64,000 bases of DNA from the human T2T-CHM13v2.0 reference genome, Homo sapiens, in assembly GCF_009914755.1 (NCBI RefSeq), contig NC_060926.1. One strand, written 5' to 3'. The notes beneath the pieces were generated by a model. That model made no database searches. It was not told the origin of the DNA and saw nothing but the letters and a program-made list of their open reading frames with translations. Made by a program: the position numbers and the translations under genes. Within the stretch, counting starts at the first letter, position 1; each line of letters starts with the position of its first letter. Positions 39,051 to 50,985 of the stretch are shown here, piece after piece.

Positions 39051-41048
39051 GGCTTACAGCATAGGTACCGTCACTAACGTCCATTATGAAGAAGAGAAAC
39101 GGAGGTCCAGGGAGGTTAGCAATGTCAGGGTCGTACACCAGGGAGCGGGGGAGCTGGGATGCAGAAGGAGGTGGTCTAACTCCCTCGCTCTTTACCGCTG
39201 GGGAGGCAGGTTGTGACTCAGGCAGGGGAGCCTCTGGGAGCACCGTCTGGTGACACAGCCATTTCACCACCAGGTGGCTGATCCAGCCTCCTCGAAGGGC
39301 AGAGCCCCCTGCACAGGCGGGGCACCTCACAGAGACACGCAGCCTTGCTCAGGCACGAGTCTCTTCTGGATTCTAACTGCAGTCCCCCCAGCTGGAATGC
39401 CAACCTATTCCCTTTTGTCCTAACCTCTGACCGCTCTTCATGTAAACAAAGCTCATGAGACTCCCAGCAGCCAGACATCTAGCTTCTGCCTGGTGGTCCC
39501 TAAACCCTGAACCCCCAGCCTCATAAAGCAGCCAAGGACATTCTGTTCTTAGCCACAAGGTGGGAGTTCAGCTGGAATAAGGAGAAATGGACACTCACCC
39601 CTCCCCGCCCGCCCTCCTCGGACTCCCATGGTGTCCCTCTGCAATCCAAGCGCGATTTCTTGCTGGCAGTTCCAAGCCCGACTGCACTCCACCCCCCAGC
39701 CCCCGCTGTTGCCAGATGACCCTCCACTGGGCTCCGTATGAATAACACTCCACATCTGCAGCAGCAGGGCTGGGCAGCACTGAGGCCCGGGAGAGCCTGG
39801 CCCTAGTGAGACCAGGGAAGGAGGGACCACTGCAAAGAAGGTAAACAACCCCAGCAGGGCCTGAGCCCGAGCGTGCAGAGCAGTGACACTTAGAGTCCCA
39901 AGCACTTCTGTGCACTTCATTTCACTCCATCACCACCCTGAATAGGGAGGGAGGGAGAGGGAACACTCATCAACATGGAGGGGCCCCTTGGAGCATCTCC
40001 ACAGCAAGGAAAATTGAGGTCCAGAAAGAAACAGGATGGGACCAGCCCCTTGTCATACAGCAAGTGGATATTGATGAAAGGAAGGAGACTCTGGCCTGAC
40101 TGAGCACCCAGTGTCTGGGCTGAGCAAGTCACAACAGAGGTGTGTGAGGTACCTACAACTGCCTGGGCCCCAGGACAGCCACGCCCCGCCCCAGGCTCCT
40201 GCCGACATTAGTACTGCCACAGGCAACTCCACAGCCTGATCCGATTGTGCCCGCAAGGTGTCCTTCCGGGACACACCCACACACCTGTACACAGGCACAC
40301 AGGTGCATGCAGGCAGCCCCCTTCCTTCCCCAGCAGCGCCCAGAGCCTTGTCTGCTTCTAGGGCCATGGTGGGGAGGAAGAAGACCTCTGAAGGGTGAGA
40401 AGGTGGCGAGAGGCAGGAAGGAAGAGTGCCCAGTGTGCCAAATCAGCCCAGCTGGCATCAGGGTGGAGCAGGGCCCTCTCTACAGCCCACAACTCACAGG
40501 GATCCCACCCCAGTCCAGGCTATGGTGCAAGGCTGATTCGGGGGTGACGGGAAGAGGAGTGGGGGAAATGGAAAGGGAGCAGAAAAGCAAAGTCAAGCCA
40601 AGGGGCTTAGAGGCAGAACAGAGGTCGCCTGTAGGGAAAAACTGCCCAGGTGAATGGACTCTGAGGGTCATCCCCCGCCTCCAGCCCCAGGGTGCCTGAC
40701 CCGGGACCAGGCAGGCAGAAGGAGATGCCGTGGCAGCCCCTGGTCCTCTGAGTCCCGGGACAACAGGCACCTGGCCAGGCCTGGAGACACACAAGATGCC
40801 CTTTTATGGGTTTTTCTAAGGACGCAAGTCTCAAGGTTGGAAATAGCAGGCACTGCATCTCATCAGAAGGGACCTCATGACTCATTTCCTCCCAGGCCCG
40901 CTTCGGCCCAGGGAGGTCGACCCTCCTCCTCCACCTAATTGTCCGACACCCCAGTTACCAACATATTTGGGTCTAAAGAAAGCTGCAGCTGGGAGCTGCG
41001 GAGGGAGAGGAGGCAGGGCTTGCAGGGCAAGGAAGGGCTGTCACTCAC

Positions 41049-41090
41049 CACCAGCTCATGGTTGGATGGAGGAACGCAGGGGGCAGCCAC
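41049..41090 (-). CDS. TNS1: TNS1 upstream exon VAAPCVPPSNHELV (end of the C1 domain in long isoforms)
   Basis: Acceptor ttccacag|GTG, donor GTG|gtgagt; 42 nt; VAAPC resembles the terminal Cys of a C1 zinc finger. Confidence 0.88.
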
Positions 41091-41809
41091 CTGTGGAAGG
41101 AACAGAGAACGGGCAGGTGAGCATATCTTGTCTCTAGAGACAGCCAGCACCTCCTGAGGTCACCCCACACCTCCCCCTGCTTCATTCCCTCACACGGGCT
41201 GACACCTTCTGGGTTGAGAGTTCTTCAGCAGACTATGGAGCAACACAGAAAAACTACTCCAGCAATAACGCCTGGGAAAGGGAGCGGGGGCCGCAGAAGG
41301 CAAAAATGAAATGAGCGTCACAATTAAAATTCTGTGACAAATATGCACATGCTGGGAGACTGGAGATCACTGCACCGGCATTTCAATAACAGAAGCTTCA
41401 GGTAATAAGAAGAAGGATTTTTTTTTTTTTTTTTTGCTCTATGTCCTGAATTTTCTACAATATGGTAAAATTCATTTTACATTTTTAAAAACTGTGATTA
41501 GGACCATCATCAGAAAAGGGAGAGTCACCTCCTTGGTTCTCCCCATTGCTAAGGGATCTCACCCAAAGGTCAGAGCTGCAGAAGGCTCCTACCAGCTCTG
41601 GCACTTTCCCGGAGCATGCATGAAATGGGTTGGTAAAAGGGACCCACCAGCCCTTCCAAAGAAAGCCATGAGTGTGGCTAACACATGTGGAAGGCTTGGA
41701 GAGGCAGAAGCACTCTCTGGGAGTGAGCTATGATCTTCACCAGTTTCATGATCCTCATCTTCCTCTCTGATCCAGAGAAGGAGATGGCAACTTGAACTTC
41801 CAGACAGAG

Positions 41810-41915
41810 GGAAGAAGGGAGAGGGGGAGAGTAGAGGGGAGGGAGGGAGAGGGAAGAGGAGAGTGGAGGGGAGGGAGCGAGAGGGAGGAGGAGAGTAGAG
41901 GGGAGGGAGGGAAGG
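41810..41915. repeat. G/A-rich low-complexity polypurine tract
   Basis: Almost pure G/A for about 100 bp with repeated gagagtagagggg units. Confidence 0.9.
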
Positions 41916-42604
41916 CTCCATCGCTCCCTTCCCTGAGATAACATTCCCCTGGCCAGGCCTGGCAGGCGAGCCATTACCCTGACAATTAGCAGGGGCATTT
42001 ATCAGAGACTGAATGTGCTCCTTTTTTCTAGCCAGGACACGTTTTTCTTGGAGCTCAGTCCTCAACCTTGGCTCCGATTCCCAACCTGAACACCAGGCAA
42101 GGGGCCCACAGTGGGCACAGAGTGGGAGACTGTCCCTCGGGCATGAGGTTATCTGGGAACAAGCCATGGATGTCCAAAGAGGGGGTAGCTGCCTCCCCCA
42201 GACAGTGGGCAACCCCTCCCCACCCACCAGCCCGGTGGAGTGGTGGCAGCAAGAGCCCTCAGCCCAGCCCCAGCTGGTACTGACTGGGCATTGGGCACCC
42301 TAGCTGAGCCCTTCCTCCAGCTGACCGCATGCTGTCATCCCAGCAGCCCAGGGATTCCCCAGGCTTGACACAGCAGCCCAGATAAGGTCAGCACCTGTGG
42401 GACAGTGTGCTCCAAGCTCTGGAAGGGGCAGAGGTGGCTGGGAGTTGGCATTCCTGGGTTTTTGACACAGTCGGGCTACAGACTCCCTGCCCAACTCATT
42501 CTCCAGCAAAGAGGCCCAAATGGAGTCCTAGCATTTATTCCTCTTTGCTCCACAGAATTCTAGGACTGGTGGGAGAAGAACAGGGGGCCGAACAGAACCA
42601 ACAA

Positions 42605-42825
42605 CAATAATACCCAATACTATTGAGTGTGTACTAGATGACAGGCATGATTATAAATGCTTTACCTCTGTTAACATTTTTAATCCTTTCAATAACCCAG
42701 TAAGGTGGGTTACTATTGTTATTCCCACAGTTGCGGTGCGCGGGGCATGGATGGGTTAAATTGCCTAAGGTCACACAGCTGATAAGTGGCCGAGATTTGA
42801 ACCCAGGCAGTCTAAGTCCCAAGAT
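42605..42825 (-). mobile_element. MIR SINE; similar relics at about 12110-12320, 16860-17085, 18190-18370, 22060-22250, 44210-44430, 53100-53340, 56570-56780, 59920-60150
   Basis: MIR core ggttaaattgcctaaggtcacacagct..gatttgaacccaggcagtct. Confidence 0.75.
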
Positions 42826-45009
42826 GACATGTGAAGGGAAGCTTATCACTCGTGGCCCCAATTTCGGAAGAATGAGGAGACACAGGGGGAACAGAACTGC
42901 CCCCAGAAGCCCGGGGTCCTTAATCCACACCAGCACGGGGCTATGAGTGATTGTTTTAGAAGAGGCCTCTGAGAGACAGAGCCCAGGGCTGGGGGAGAGG
43001 GTGCCAGGGTAACAGACTGGGCGGGAAGGGGAGGTCCCCAGAGCTGGCTGTGGCCTGCAGGGCTCTCTGCTTACCCTGCCCACGAGACCAGGTCTCAGCT
43101 ACGGGGGACACTGCTGTCCCTGCCAAGCACAGCACCAAACCCTGCTCTGGGGACTGGGAGTTTTCAAGGTCAGGGGCCAGGGCCCCAGGGTGCCTTCTCC
43201 CAACCCACTCTGTCACCATGGGTCCCTCAGTCCTGGGGGAGGGAGTACAATTCCCAGGACAGCACCCTTGCTGTGTTCTTTTTCTGAGCTTGGGCTGGGC
43301 AGGGACCGCGAGCCAGGCCAAGCTGCCAGAGGACGGGCTGATGCCTGCCACTGCCAGGGCCCCAGGTTCCACCAGTCCCCTCCCTCACAGGAGGTGTGTT
43401 TCTGCTCTCCATTTAGAAGCTGGGGATTGGAAAAGGGAGGGAGGGGGTTATGGCTACATTTTGAACCAGCAGCAGAAGAGACAGGTGTTCTCTGAGACGA
43501 AGAGGAAGGTCTCCCTCCCAGACCTACTCTCAGGCAGTGGACAGGAGGGGGCCCAGGTATCCTGACCGCAGGTCCCTTCCCTGGCCTCCCGAGGCAGAGG
43601 CACCCCCTAAGAACCTGGCCCTGCGGGGGAGCTGTCAAGCCCCAGCCCAAGGGCCTGATGCCTTGGTGCCCCCTCGTGGCCTGCCACCCCCGACGGCGTC
43701 CTCCATCCTCCGCCCACAGCCGTGCATTCCAGGCCCACTGGCCGGCCAGCCCACTGACTTTGTTGTGTGTTTCAGTGTTTCTTGTCTCTCTCTTTTTTTT
43801 TAAGCAAAGAAATGTTTCCTTAAAAGGCTCTCGCCTTCTCTCCGGCACCCTGGCCCCTGGCCACCCTCTCAGGAGCCCGGAATGTGCCAGGGAGAGCCAG
43901 GGCCCCCTGCCACTCTATGGCCCATGCCCTGTGGCCCCACAGTCCTGGAGTCCCCAGGGGGCCCAGGTAAGGAAGCCTCCCTCTGCAGGGGGCAGACTCT
44001 GGGGGTGGCTATAGGGGGTCTTGGTGCCAGCGCTGTCATAGGCTCACCTCCCAGAGCTGTCAGTGCAGGATTCCAGGGCTCAGACCCAGAAAGTCAGCCT
44101 CAGGTAAGCCCCCTTCCCCCAGTGGACCTCAAGCAAACCATTTAGACATTGGGAACTGACAGGGTGTCCTGCTCAATCTTTTCACTCTCAATAACATAGC
44201 AATAAAAATCACAGCAGCAAATAAACTCCCATCACCCTTGCTCTGTGCCAGGCACTGTTCTCAGCAGTTTGCATTAATTAACTCATTTAATTCACGTAAC
44301 AATGCTGAGCGTTGTCATTATTATCCCCATTTTGTGGATGAGAAGACTGAGGCACATAGAGGCTAATGAGTTGGCCAACAGGAGGCACGATGCAAAGTCA
44401 GGGTCCGGGTCTGGAGACATGCTCTTGTCCTCTATGCTAGAAACACACACATCCACGGAGCCATCCACAGCCACAGGAACAATGCTCACGGAGTGAGTGC
44501 ACTATGTCTACACTCAGCCCTTTGCTCATACTAACCAAAGCTTAGTTACTGTACCAAGCCCTTTGCTCTCATTGGATGCTATTACCCCCAATTCACAGAT
44601 GAAGAAACTAAGGCACAGAAAGGTTAACAATTTGCCCAGCACTGCAGCAGAGCAGTCTGGCTCTGGAGGCTGCGAGGTGGAGCCCCGTGGGTGCAGCTGG
44701 AAGGTGAGCATGGTAGCCTCCCAGACCAGGGCTGATGCCTGGCACTCGTCAGCCCCCACACCCACTAGTATTTTCTCAACTTCAAAGGTCCCTGAGCACA
44801 ATGCCAACAACAGGGCACACCCGTGCAGACTCCCCCAGGACATGAGGGAAAAAGCACTAGAGAGCAGCCAGCCCAGGCAGGGAACTCCCTGCATGACCCA
44901 GGCTCTGCCCTCCTCTCCCTCTTCGTTCTATGCTCAGCCCCCTTGTCCGGGACCCGAAGCCACACACAGAGGTGGGTTCCCCTCAATCCCTCCAACACCT
45001 AGTTCTGTT

Positions 45010-45151
45010 CTTCCTTGGAGCCTGTGAGTACACAGTTCCCTCTGTCTGGAATGCTCTTCCTCCAGCTGTCTGCGTAGCTGTGTCCTTCCTGTCCTTCTGG
45101 CTTTGGCTTAAATGTCACCACCCCAGAGACCCTCCCTAATTCCCTTATGTT

Positions 45152-45186
<35 letters not shown>

Positions 45187-45405
45187 GCCCCACACAATAT
45201 TCTCTCTCCCACACTCATATCTCTGCCTTCACAGACCTTATTACAATTTGTAATTATAGGTGTGTGTGCTTCCTTGTCTATAATCTGTTTCCTCCTCTAG
45301 AAAACAAGTGTCATGAGGGCAGGAAGCACATCTTATCCGTCAAACTAGTCCAGCACAGAGCCAGCACACAGTAGGTACACAATAAATGTCTGTTGAAGAA
45401 TGAAA
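45010..45405 (+). mobile_element. L2 3' fragment containing (CT)n(CA)n
   Basis: gttccctctgtctggaatgctcttcc..gcacagagccagcacacagtaggtacacaataaatgtctgttgaa. Confidence 0.68.
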
Positions 45406-45634
45406 GTGATTCAAGGCCTAAAGAAAGGAGGCACCTGTGGCCACTTGTGGCCACAATCGCTGCCATTTGTTAAGCACCTACTATGCACCAGGCACTGGGG
45501 CTAATTTTGTCATACACCTGATCTCTCCGAGACCCTCCAAGCCCGCAGAGTCAGCAATATTGCTCCCATTTCACATATGGAGAAACAGAGGCTCCACAAG
45601 GTCATGAAGTTTGCCCAGGTTAATCAGCTGGGAA

Positions 45635-46078
45635 GGAGTTTAGATCATAATCCCACTACACCTGCATTTGTGAAAGACAAAATTTCTTGAGATCTTGGCC
45701 CTTTGGGTGTCTGGCGCAGTGGTTATGCAGTGGTGGCCCACTGAGGTTTTTGATCAGTCTCATCATAAGACCTGGGTTGTCTCATCATGGTATTTCAGGT
45801 GACTGCAGTTATAAAGCTAGGGGTACACAATTACCAACCACAGCAATATGTGTTTGTACATTTCCCTTTTGCTTACTTCTTTATGAATACGGTTCATCTG
45901 CTCATAATCGTTATACCAGTGTGACTATCATTAAACTCCTGAGTGTTTATGCTTGCAAAAATATAAGTGCTATTATTGCCTATTTTATTGTGTAAAATGG
46001 CCTATGAAATGTTCTGTCGTGTTTTTACATGTTTCTCAAACCAAACCCCTTTTAAAAATGTAAATAAATCTTTTTTTT
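45635..46078 (+). mobile_element. Probable Ricksha (MULE/MuDR DNA transposon) relic
   Basis: TIR-like gtttagatcataatccc, and an AT-rich body (gtttatgcttgcaaaaat..cctatgaaatgttctgtcgtg..aaatgtaaataaat) recalled from the Ricksha consensus. Confidence 0.55.
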
Positions 46079-46479
46079 GTGCGTGTGGCCTGTGGACTCC
46101 AGGCATTTTTATGGTCTGTGGACTCCAGGCACTGCTCTTTGCAGATCAAGAGAAAACCCAGGCGTCTGCCTAGCACTGCCCCTCTCACCTCCCAAACCTG
46201 CAAGTGGCAGGACCAGGGCCCCAACTGGGTGACACTCCTGTCCCCAGGCCACCAAGAAAGAGCCAACCTCTCAGCCTTGGTTATGTAAAATCCCAAACTC
46301 CTAAGCTTGCCCAGCCCTCCAAAGGGGCTCACCACACACACTCACACTCACCTGGCCCCTGGGACTGGAGAGGACAGCTTTGCCCCTAGCTTAAACGAGA
46401 CCCACGTGCATCTGGGCATTCAGCATTTCATATAAGACTGAGTGGAAAAGGGGTCCCCCCACCATCTCCTGCTAGTCCC

Positions 46480-47300
46480 CTTTTCTTTACTGTGGTAAAA
46501 TGCACATAACATAACACTTACTATTTTAACTATTTCTAAATGTATTCGGTGGCATTAAGTACATTCACGGTAATGTACAACCATTACCATTATCCATTTC
46601 TAGAAACTTTTCATCATCCCAAACATCCTCACACTCACTAGCCCTCATTTCCCCTCCCCCAAACCCCTGGTTACCTCTAATCTACTCTCTTTCTTTATGA
46701 ATTTGCCTATTCTAGGTACCTCCTATAAGAGTAATCATATAATATTTGCCCTTTGATACCTGGCTTATTTTACTTAGTGTTAGAGGCTGAATTCTATGTC
46801 CTCCTTCATATATTAAAGTCCTAACCCTCAGTAGCCTCAGAATGTGACTGTATTTGGAGACAGGGTCTTTAATGAGATAACTAAGTTAAAATGAGGCCCT
46901 AATCCAATCTGACTGGTGTCCTTGTAAGTAGAGGAAACGAGGGCACAGAAATATACCAGGGAAGACCATGTGAAGGCACAGGGAGAAGGCGGCATCTCCA
47001 AGCCAAGAAGAGAGGTCTCAGGAGAAACCAACACTGCTCATACCTTGATCTCAGCCTCTGGATTCCAGCCTCCAGAACCATAAGAAAATTCATTTCTATT
47101 GTTTAAGTCACCCGGCGTATGGTATTTTGTTATGGCAGCCCAAGCAGACTAATACCCTTAGCATCATATTTTCAAGAGTCATTCATGTTGTAGCATGTAT
47201 GAGAACTTCTTTTTAAGGCTGAATACTGTTCCATTGTACAGATTACACCACTTCGTGTTTTTCTATTCATCCATCCATGGACACTTGGGTTGCTTCCAGA
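46480..47300 (-). mobile_element. L1MB-type 3' fragment interrupted by an LTR
   Basis: gtggcattaagtacattcac..caaccatt..; cttagcat..ttcaagagtcattcatgttgtagcatgt, an antisense L1M 3'UTR. Confidence 0.8.
46778..47156 (+). mobile_element. MLT1A-like (MaLR) solo LTR
   Basis: tgt..aagtcctaaccctcagt..gaatgtgactgtatttggagacaggg..gcagactaatac; exact 5-bp TSD cttag at 46773-46777 and 47157-47161. Confidence 0.88.
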
Positions 47301-50300
47301 GAAGTTCTTTGCTGACACCCACCTCACATCCCTGCCCCAAAAGTTACATGGGAGGGAAGGAAACTGGGGTTTGTAGAGCACCCACTGTGTGTCTCTGAGC
47401 TGGGTGCTTTACATACCTTATTTTTTGCGATCTTCTTGACAAGTTTTTCAGGTAAATGGGCTCAGAGAAGTTAAGCAATTTACCCCAAGTGGAATAACTA
47501 GTGGTAGTCATTGTGGCAGCAAGTGTTCATTGCTAAGCTCTCTGCATGTCAAGCACTGTTCTAAGCTTTTGTGTATACATCGCTTCACTCCTCACAACCA
47601 CCCACGAGGCAAGCATTAGCATCCACATCCTCCAGGGTCTCAGGCAGTCCTCTCAACAATTCTGCCAGACCAGAGAAGGCACAGCTTCCAAAGGATGGTA
47701 TCAGGGCTCACCCAGGTCTGCTGGATTCAAACACCTGCCTTGCCCCACCTGTCACGCTGCCTCTACAGTGGGACAGGGCCCATGCTGTGGCAGAGGTGCC
47801 AGGGCTATGGGATCACAGAGAAAACTCAGGGGCCCCAGGCAGGCTCCATGGAGCAAGGGCACCTGAGCCTGGCATGGAGGATGCATTGCTTCTGTTTATC
47901 CACTGTGTGTCTCACCCACTACCCCTGAAAGCCCCGAGAGCAGGCAGCACATGGGCCATTTCCATTGAGAAGTCCCCATGCCTGGCTCAGAGCCTGATGC
48001 CCACTTGGTGAGTGGATAAGGTTTTGAAAGGTAGAGATGGGGAAAGGACATTTGGGGGTAGGAATTACACATTAAAAAGGCATGGAGGTGGGAATGCTTG
48101 GCGTGTTGAAAGAACCACAAGAAGCCCCCCTTTGGCTGGGACACAGGATGGGTGAAGGAAAGGAAGAGGAGCATTGAAGCAGGCATTGGAAGGGATGAAG
48201 GGAAGAAGGATGGCACAACGGTCTTTCTAGGCTTGACCATAGGCAACCTTGAATGCCCAGTGAAGGAGTTAAATTTTAGCCATTGGCACTGGGGAGCCAG
48301 TAAAGGCACTTGTGTAGGAGAAGGACCAGGCTGAAACTATGCTCCAGATAAAGATGTCCAGGAGTAGGGTCTGGGGGAGCTGAAGGGTGGGAAGTTTAAG
48401 GCAAGCAAGGATGTATAGTCACATTACTAATAACAATAAGGGGAAGGAGAAAGTGGGGGAGAAGAGGACCCTATAACCCAGAGACAAGAGGCCATCAGGC
48501 ACCCTGAAGCCTAGGGGCCCTCATCTCCACTCTAACAAAACACACATTTGCAGTGACCCCCATCCCCACCCTTGACTTCTCTTCCTCACCCAGAGCACGG
48601 GAGGGTGCCACTACCCACTCTTAGAGCAGACCTGGCATGCCCACAGCTCTGCCTGCTGTTCACCCTCTGGGCCCTGCCCCAGGAACCTGTGGCCAGGAGG
48701 CAGGCAGCTTCTGAGCCCTGTTCTCTGAAATGATACCAGAGCGGTCCAGAAAAAATCCAGACAATAATCCCAGAAGGCCCCAGTCTCCATGCCCATATGA
48801 AGAAATAGGCAGGTGACCCTCCTATCTGTGGACAGTCCAGCACTTCAGGGCTCACACCATGAGTCCACTAGAACTCAGGAAGGCCCCAGACAGCCCCCAT
48901 TCAACCTGGTAAGGCAAGCTGGGAGGCCCAGGGGAGAGGGCCAGTTGTTAGCCTGCCAACCAGGAGGGAGGCAGGCCTCCTTCAGGACCTGAGGATGCTC
49001 AACAGACAAGGAGCTGCAAGAATGCCAAGGCCATGGAGGGAGGGTGTGGGGACAAGATTACAAGGCTTGCCTGAAAGGGCCAGAGGTCTCAAGGGTCCCA
49101 GCACAGCTCAAAGACACTGGCCTCCCAGGCTGAGCCTCAGGCCCTCAGGAGGAGGGATCCTGGAGAGAAGGTGGCCACTGCCCCGGCCCATTTCCTCCCC
49201 AGGCCTGTGCCCTCCCCACCAGGCAGCTGGCCTTCACCGGGGCTTGCTCCAGCCTCTCCAGGCTCCCTGGCCTGCTAGTCTGTTTCCTTCCCTTTTATAG
49301 AGTTCTGTTTGGACCAGGAAATGAAGTGCATCAAGTTCCTGGAGGCAAGAAGGGGCCTGTTCCCAGCAACACCAAGCCAGGGCACACACACCCAAGCCCT
49401 GAGTGTCCCTCCAAAGACAGTGGGGACAGGGAGTGGGCCTGGCCCTTTCCCCAAACCCAGCACAGGCTGGGACCCAGAACCTGAAGCAGACAGGACACAG
49501 GGGAGTCCCAGAGGGCTGACTCACCAAGGCCCCAGGCCCCACCCCTCCCCAAATCCTCCTGAGCTGAGCTCCTCTTAAATCACTGGCCCCATCAACCTAT
49601 CCCCAAAGCTCCAGCTGCCCACTGCTTCCTCTTCCATTTCCTCTTCTTGTCTCAGGATCCTCTTCCCCAGCCCCACTCACTGACCCCCCAGCCCACTGCT
49701 AGGCTCCCTGTCCTGCAAGCCACTCGAGATGGGCTCTCCAGACAGGGGAGTTCCTCTTCAGACAAGAACCTCCCCACCTCTAACCACACCCACACACAGA
49801 GCAGCTGCCAGGTCCACATAAGGGCCACTCAACAACCAGACCTGAACGAGGCAGGGAAGAGCAGGTGTGCCTGACCCTTCAGGAGCCTGCGGAATGTGGA
49901 GTTCTGGGCAGCTTCAGTCAGAAGCTGACAACAACAAGGGGAACTCGGGGGGACCAGCAGGCCAAGCTGTGGGACCATGGGCCTCCCAGCCACTGAAGCC
50001 AGGCCCTCCCAAGCCAGCCTGGAAGAAGGCACGACACCATGGCACCCAGATGGGCCTACCCCAGGTGAAGGCAGGGAGTCTTCTCTGGAGATTAGCCTCC
50101 AGACAACCCAAGCGGGGATCTCAAGGGTCCCGGCTCAGGGGCCACACTCACCCACACCCCTAATCAGGGAAGCTGGGAGAGGTGAGGCTGCACACTAGGC
50201 CGGACTTCTTAGGAGCATGTGCTGATGAGCAGGGGGGTCAGAGACATGGGGTTCAGCAGAGCTGCACTGAGTACCTATGGAGTGCCAGGCCCAGGGAGCA

Positions 50301-50649
50301 CAAGACAGCAAGCCTACCGGGGCAGGGTGAGAGGGTCCCCGCAATAGCCAGGACAAAAGGCCGGGACAGGCAAGGCCACAGGGAAGCACCAGCAGGGGTC
50401 AGAGGGCACGGAGGGGCCCAGGGCATGACCCGTCAGCATCCTGGTTTCATGATCCTGCCCACACTCGGCCACCTCCTGGCCTTCCTGCATGGCACTGACA
50501 ACACCTGCCACCACCCCCATCTCCACCCACCACCCCTCCCTCAGCCCTCCACCCCCCACCCGCCCCGGCCACCAAAGTCGTTCAAGCCAGAGGCCCATGT
50601 GTCTGTCTTCCTTCATTCTTTCCCCTCCCTTCCACCAAGCCTAGGCAAC

Positions 50650-50985
50650 TCCTCCTCCTAAATACCTCTCTGAGCCACATACACCCCTTCTCAGGTCCTA
50701 TTAATCATAGAGATGATTGCAACAGCCTACAACACTGGTCTCCCTGCCCTCCGCCTTGTCCCCTCCACCCCATTCTCCATTTGGCAGCCAGGGAGCTATT
50801 TCTAAAATGCACATCCAGCAGTGTCACTTCTCTGCCTAAAGTTCTTGCATAGCTCCCAGCTCACGGGAGAAAGTCCAAATGTCCTAATATGGCCATCAGG
50901 CCCTTCGGGACCTGGCTATGCCTCCCTCTCCACTCCCATTTCTCACCTCTCCACCTCAAAGCCCTTGCTCTGGCCAGAGAAAATT
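50650..50985 (+). mobile_element. L2 fragment
   Basis: ttgcaacagcctac..actggtctccctgcc..ttctccatttggcagccagggagctatttctaaaatgc, L2 consensus-like. Confidence 0.65.
50883..50892. promoter_or_regulatory. Perfect CArG box (SRF site), candidate
   Basis: CCTAATATGG fits CC(A/T)6GG. Confidence 0.5.

Noticed and set aside
43758-43848. Possible first exon VPERRREPFKETFLCLKKKRETRNTETHNK with donor AAA|gtcagt
   Set aside because: The start is GTG, the donor is mediocre and the Lys run comes from a poly-T tract; insufficient support
45706-45760. tRNA-like A box TGGCGCAGTGG
   Set aside because: No proper B box or cloverleaf; lies within the probable Ricksha relic
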